From the NCBI GenBank assembly GCA_038823825.1, contig JAWBCC010000003.1, forward strand, positions 30,001-62,000: 32,000 nucleotides of DNA. Direction: 5' to 3'. Below are positions 27,767 through 32,000 of this stretch, piece by piece. The translations under genes and the position numbers were made by a program. Origin of the DNA: Candidatus Hadarchaeales archaeon. Its GTDB lineage: Archaea > Hadarchaeota > Hadarchaeia > Hadarchaeales > Hadarchaeaceae. The stretch's first letter is position 1, and every line of letters starts with the position of its first letter. The notes under the pieces are model-generated. The model was not told where the DNA came from and made no database searches. It saw only the letters and a program-made list of their open reading frames with translations.

Positions 27767-29302
27767 ATGAAAACCATCACTTTGAGAATCAAACCGCTCG
27801 ATATCGAGACGGGTAAACCAATCGCAATCATGCATGAAGAGGATGCGGAAAAAATAGGGCACGTAGCCGGGAGTAGAATAAAAGTCTATTCGCAGAAAGG
27901 GACTTTTACGATAATTACGAACACAACTAGAAATCTTGTTGCCCCCGGAGAGTTAGGAACGTGTAAAGAGGCGACGTGCGAGATTGGTTTGGAGGCGGGA
28001 AGTGAGGTCAAGGTAACGCTTGCCCCGAGACCAGCTTCTGCCAACGCGATAAAGAAAAAGCTCGATGGCAAGGTTTTGACACAGCAAGAGATTGATAGTA
28101 TAATCAGAGATATTGTTGCAGATAATCTGACGGCGACCGAACTTGCAGCATTTGTCACAGCAGTTTACACAAGGGGAATGACAGTGGATGAAATCGTCTT
28201 TATGGTAAGAAGCATGGTCGAGAGTGGAGAAAAACTGGAAATCGAGCGTCGGCCGATTCTCGATGTTCATAGCATTGGCGGCGTACCTGGAAACAAATAT
28301 GCTCTTCTGACAGTTCCAATAGTATCCGCTGCAGGGCTTACTGTTCCGAAAACGAGCAGGAGGGCGATAACCAGCGCAGCCGGTACGGCCGATGTCATGG
28401 AAGTTTTAGCTCCAGTTTCCCTAGAGCTTGAGGAAATAAAGGCAATAGTCGAAAAAATCGGAGCAGTCTTAGTTTGGGGTGGAGCGCTCAGGTTGGCACC
28501 TGCCGACGACATAATCATCAGGGCGGAAAGAGTACTCGCGATCGATCCTACACCACAGCTGTTGGCTAGTGTAATGGCAAAAAAACTAGCAGTTGGAGCC
28601 GAGAAAATAGTGATAGACACCCCAACTGGTTCTGGTGCCAAAGTGGAAACGATAGAAGAGGCTCGCAGACTTGCTCATGATTTCATCGAATTGGCTCGTA
28701 GGCTTGGAGTTCAGCTTGAAGCCGCGATAACATATGGAGGGCAACCGATCGGTTATGCGGTCGGTCCAGCATTGGAGGCTAGAGAAGCACTTGAGACGTT
28801 GATGGGAATGAACGGTCCAGGGAGTCTCATAGAGAAAGCTACAGGACTTGCGGGTCTAATGTTGGAACTCGGTGGTATTACGCCAATAGGATTTGGAAAA
28901 CAGATGGCTCTTGAAATTCTAAAATCTGGTAAGGCTTATGAGCAGATGAAAAGGATAATCGAGGCGCAGGGAGGAGATCCAAACGTCAAAATTGATGATA
29001 TACCGGTTGGAGACAAGGTTGAAGTTTTGCGGGCTCCGGTATCCGGTTATATAAAGCAAATAGACAACCACAGGATAAATGAGATAGCGAGGGCGGCTGG
29101 GGCTCCGGAGCACAAGGGTGCAGGGATAAAACTTCTGATGAAGGAAGGCAGGAAGGTTGAGAAGGGAGATCCAATTCTAGAAATTTATGCCGAACATGAA
29201 AGCAAACTAGACGAAGCGCTAGATCTTGCCAGAACCCATCCACCAGTAAGAATAGAGGGAATGTTGATAGAGAGAATCTCACATTCGCCAAGATGGGAAT
29301 AG
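27767..29302 (+). CDS. deoA: AMP phosphorylase (archaeal thymidine-phosphorylase-family enzyme with N-terminal extension)
   Basis: HSIGGVPGNK (the AMPpase variant of HSTGGVGDK), SRRAITSAAGTADVME, and an N-terminal ~85-aa extra domain MKTITLRIKPLDIETGKPIAIMHEEDA. SD AGGTGG at 27755-27760 precedes ATG 27767. TTG 27761 is the alternative start. Confidence 0.88.
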   Translation: MKTITLRIKPLDIETGKPIAIMHEEDAEKIGHVAGSRIKVYSQKGTFTIITNTTRNLVAPGELGTCKEATCEIGLEAGSEVKVTLAPRPASANAIKKKLDGKVLTQQEIDSIIRDIVADNLTATELAAFVTAVYTRGMTVDEIVFMVRSMVESGEKLEIERRPILDVHSIGGVPGNKYALLTVPIVSAAGLTVPKTSRRAITSAAGTADVMEVLAPVSLELEEIKAIVEKIGAVLVWGGALRLAPADDIIIRAERVLAIDPTPQLLASVMAKKLAVGAEKIVIDTPTGSGAKVETIEEARRLAHDFIELARRLGVQLEAAITYGGQPIGYAVGPALEAREALETLMGMNGPGSLIEKATGLAGLMLELGGITPIGFGKQMALEILKSGKAYEQMKRIIEAQGGDPNVKIDDIPVGDKVEVLRAPVSGYIKQIDNHRINEIARAAGAPEHKGAGIKLLMKEGRKVEKGDPILEIYAEHESKLDEALDLARTHPPVRIEGMLIERISHSPRWE

Positions 29303-29325
29303 GTCATTTGAGCGTAAGCGTAAAA

Positions 29326-29332
29326 TTTAAAT
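29326..29332 (+). promoter_or_regulatory. TATA-like box (AAATTTAAAT context) of the thermosome gene
   Basis: Centred ~40 nt before ATG 29369. The implied ~14-nt leader carries GAGGG at 29358-29362. Confidence 0.45.
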
Positions 29333-29368
29333 TCAGTGATTTTAATTTTCTACAAATGAGGGTTGACC

Positions 29369-31018
29369 ATGAGCGCGGTACTAGGAGGAAGACCGGTGTT
29401 GGTGCTGTCTGAAGGGACAACGAGGGTACTTGGAAGAGATGCACAGCGAATGAATATTCTGGCAGCCCGGGTTATTGCTGAAGCAGTGAGGACTACGCTG
29501 GGGCCGAAGGGGATGGATAAGATGCTTGTGGATACGCTAGGAGATATCGTTGTAACCAATGACGGTGTGACAATTTTAAAGGAGATGGAAGTCGAGCATC
29601 CAGCTGCGAAGATGATGGTTGAGGTAGCTAAAACACAGGATGATCTGGTTGGAGACGGTACGACTACTGCTGTTGTGATTGCTGGGGAGCTCCTGAAGGA
29701 AGCTGAAAAACTTCTCGATCAGGCTATTCACCCGACGATAATTGCCACAGGTTTCAGAATGGCAGCGGAGAAAGCGCAGGAAGTTTTGAACACTATCGCC
29801 GTGCCCGTGAGCATAGAAGATGAGAAGATGTTGAAGAGAATTGCCACGACCGCGATGACTGGGAAGAAGGCGGAGAGTGGAAGAGAAGTCCTTGCCGATC
29901 TTGTTGTTAAAGCCGTGAGACAAATTGCCGATAAAACAGACGGTGGTTATAAGGTTGATATAGATTACATTGGGGTGGAAAAGAAAGCCGGTGGAAGTAT
30001 ATCAGATTCTGAGCTTGTTCACGGAGTTATTCTTGATAAGGAAAGGGTACATCCGGGAATGCCGAAGAGAGTTAAAAACGCAAAGATCGCGCTCATCGAT
30101 GCTCCACTCGAGATAAAAAAGACAGAAACAGATGCGGAAATTAGAATAACAACTCCGGAGCAACTCAGGGCGTTCATAGAGGAAGAAGAGATGATTTTGA
30201 AGCAAATGGTTGACAAAATAATCTCGGTTGGGGCGAATGTTGTGATATGCCAGAAGGGAATAGATGATATTGCGCAGCATTATCTAGCAAAGGCAGGGAT
30301 ATACGCAGTGAGGAGAGCGAAGAAATCCGACATGGAGAAGCTGGCGAGAGCAACTGGCGGCAGGATAGTCACGAACATTGATGATCTCACACCCGAGGAT
30401 CTCGGTTCGGCAGGTCTAGTTGAAGAAGTTAAAATCGGGGAGGATAAGATGACCTTCGTAAGGGATTGTAAGAACCCGAGAGCGATGGGAATTTTGATTA
30501 GAGGAGGAAGCGAGCATGTTGTAGATGAAGTTGAGAGGGCTGTACATGATGCTATTTGTGTGGTTGCCGCAGCCATTGAGGATGGAAAAATTGTCTACGG
30601 AGGTGGAGCGCCGGAGATGGAGGTTGCTAAGCATCTGAGAGATTACTCTCAGAAGGTTGGAGGAAAGGAGGCTCTTGCGATCGGCGCATTTGCCGACGCT
30701 CTGGAGATAATTCCCAAGACTCTGGCTGAGAATGCGGGTCTTGATGCAATTGACATAATTGTAGAGCTCAGAGCGAAGCACGAGAAGCCGGAAGGCATAT
30801 GGACCGGTGTTGATGTTTACGGAGGAAAGGTGGCGGACATGAAGGAACTTGGGGTAGTCGAACCCCTTAGAACGAAGATTCAGGCGATAAAGTCGGCTGC
30901 TGAAGCCGCTACAATGATTTTGCGGATAGACGATGTTATCGCCGCAGCGAAGAAAGAAATCTCGCCGCCTAAGGGTGAGGGTGAAGAAGAAACAGAAACA
31001 ACGAGCGAGGAGGACTGA
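29369..31018 (+). CDS. ths: thermosome subunit (group II chaperonin)
   Basis: [38 protein letters not shown], and an acidic C-terminal tail. Start is ATG 29369, or TTG 29363 as an alternative. Confidence 0.97.
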   Translation: MSAVLGGRPVLVLSEGTTRVLGRDAQRMNILAARVIAEAVRTTLGPKGMDKMLVDTLGDIVVTNDGVTILKEMEVEHPAAKMMVEVAKTQDDLVGDGTTTAVVIAGELLKEAEKLLDQAIHPTIIATGFRMAAEKAQEVLNTIAVPVSIEDEKMLKRIATTAMTGKKAESGREVLADLVVKAVRQIADKTDGGYKVDIDYIGVEKKAGGSISDSELVHGVILDKERVHPGMPKRVKNAKIALIDAPLEIKKTETDAEIRITTPEQLRAFIEEEEMILKQMVDKIISVGANVVICQKGIDDIAQHYLAKAGIYAVRRAKKSDMEKLARATGGRIVTNIDDLTPEDLGSAGLVEEVKIGEDKMTFVRDCKNPRAMGILIRGGSEHVVDEVERAVHDAICVVAAAIEDGKIVYGGGAPEMEVAKHLRDYSQKVGGKEALAIGAFADALEIIPKTLAENAGLDAIDIIVELRAKHEKPEGIWTGVDVYGGKVADMKELGVVEPLRTKIQAIKSAAEAATMILRIDDVIAAAKKEISPPKGEGEEETETTSEED

Positions 31019-31024
31019 AATTAA

Positions 31025-31570
31025 TTGAATTTAGTCCCCCGTTATGTTTTCTTCACCCGTGGAGTTGGGCATGATCCTGAGATGCTCAGGTCATTTGAAA
31101 ATGCTCTTGAGAATGCGGGAATAGCGAGGTTCAATTTAGTTCCGGTTTCAAGTATAGTTCCACCAGGTTGTAAGGTTATTTCAAAGGAGAAAGGTTTGAG
31201 CATGTTACAGGATGGACAAATTGTTTTTGTTATTCTTTCCAAGTGTAGTAGCAACGAGAGGAGGAGACTTCTTTCTGCGAGCATTGGTTGTGCCTTGCCC
31301 GCAGATAGAAATATGTACGGCTACATAAGTGAGCACCATGCTTATGGACAGACTGCGGAAGAAGCAGGCGAGTATGCGGAAAATCTTGCCGCTTCGATGC
31401 TTGCCAGCACTCTTGGTCTGCCGTTCGACGCCGATAAAAGTTGGGACGAACGCAAACAGATATGGAAGATTTCCGGAAAGATAGTTAGAACTACCAATAT
31501 CACGCAGACAGCATTTGTTAAAGAGGGAATGTGGACGACCGTGGTTGCAGCCGCGGTTTTCGTTCTATAG
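31025..31570 (+). CDS. pdaD: pyruvoyl-dependent arginine decarboxylase proenzyme
   Basis: VPRYVFFTRGVG...FNLVPVSSIVPPGC contains the self-cleavage Ser-Ser region. 181 aa. TTG start lies 6 nt after the thermosome stop and is the only start that keeps the conserved N-terminus. Confidence 0.88.
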   Translation: MNLVPRYVFFTRGVGHDPEMLRSFENALENAGIARFNLVPVSSIVPPGCKVISKEKGLSMLQDGQIVFVILSKCSSNERRRLLSASIGCALPADRNMYGYISEHHAYGQTAEEAGEYAENLAASMLASTLGLPFDADKSWDERKQIWKISGKIVRTTNITQTAFVKEGMWTTVVAAAVFVL

Positions 31571-31633
31571 GGTCTCAACTGCTTGATTGGCGCAAGATTT
31601 ATAGACTTTTCATCACGAGTAGCAAAGAGGGGA

Positions 31634-32000
31634 ATGGGAGAAGGAAAAGGTTATGGAAAGGTAATACTTTTTAACGAGCATTTTGTAGTTTACGGCATAC
31701 CCTGTATCGTTTCATCAATCGACAGATATACGACATGTAGGGTAGAAAGAACCCATGGCTCCGGCTGGATTGTTGAGGATCTCAGACCTTCCACGCCAGG
31801 TTATAAAGAGGATAAGCTCGAGCAGCAGAAGGACTCGATAAACAGGATTCTTGCAGCGATGAACATCGAGCCGAGAGATTTTTGTCTGAAAATAACATTT
31901 GGTGGGAATCTGGTTGCGGCGAGCGGGATAGGAGCCAGTGCGGCCTCATGTGTAGCACTCGCTCGGGCGCTATCCGACGAGTTCAATCTGAATCTCAATG
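31634..32000 (+). CDS. mvk: mevalonate kinase, N-terminal fragment (runs off the right edge)
   Basis: My own translation from ATG 31634: MGEGKGYGKVILFNEHFVVYGIPCIV...GGNLVAASGIGASAASCVALARAL. These are GHMP motifs I and II. The ORF is open to the window end. This gene is not in the ORF track because no stop is reached. Confidence 0.85.
   Translation, partial: MGEGKGYGKVILFNEHFVVYGIPCIVSSIDRYTTCRVERTHGSGWIVEDLRPSTPGYKEDKLEQQKDSINRILAAMNIEPRDFCLKITFGGNLVAASGIGASAASCVALARALSDEFNLNLN

Overview
Archaeal chromosomal core region. It looks euryarchaeote-like: rpoB is unsplit, promoters are TATA/BRE-type, and internal operon genes carry GGAGGTG-type Shine-Dalgarno (SD) sites. I call 35 CDS and 1 tRNA. 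From left to right:
- The tail of an aromatic amino acid operon: a partial aroC, a GHMP-type aroK, a chorismate mutase fused to an HTH/ACT module, and a cupin-type PGI.
- A minus-strand operon of OB-fold protein, aIF2-beta and DUF424.
- KEOPS subunit Cgi121.
- A 98-aa orphan and a PhoU/TrkA-C protein.
- tRNA-Lys(UUU), only 19 nt upstream of the cluster rpoH-rpoB-rpoA'-rpoA''-rpl30e-nusA-rps12-rps7-tuf-rps10. This cluster has no EF-2 gene.
- A minus-strand run of synthase, aIF1A and Rio1.
- A head-to-head pair of LeuA/CimA-family paralogues.
- A complete trpEGDCFBA operon in which all six gene junctions overlap.
- AMP phosphorylase, thermosome, pdaD, and the start of mevalonate kinase.

I found no CRISPR array, integrase or transposase, large repeat, toxin-antitoxin pair or recognisable defence gene. 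I also do not see a discrete novel multi-gene system; this is mostly housekeeping DNA. The points most worth a second look are:
1. A three-copy TGCACA-type operator candidate wrapped around a probably leaderless trpE promoter.
2. The chorismate mutase fused to an HTH+ACT regulator module.
3. The 44-bp interleaved bidirectional promoter between the two synthase paralogues.
4. The tightly coupled OB-fold/aIF2-beta/DUF424 operon.
5. The tRNA-Lys that appears to lead the RNA polymerase operon.
6. A TrpB with substitutions at normally invariant positions.

All family assignments come from reading the translated ORFs against remembered family signatures. No searches were run.
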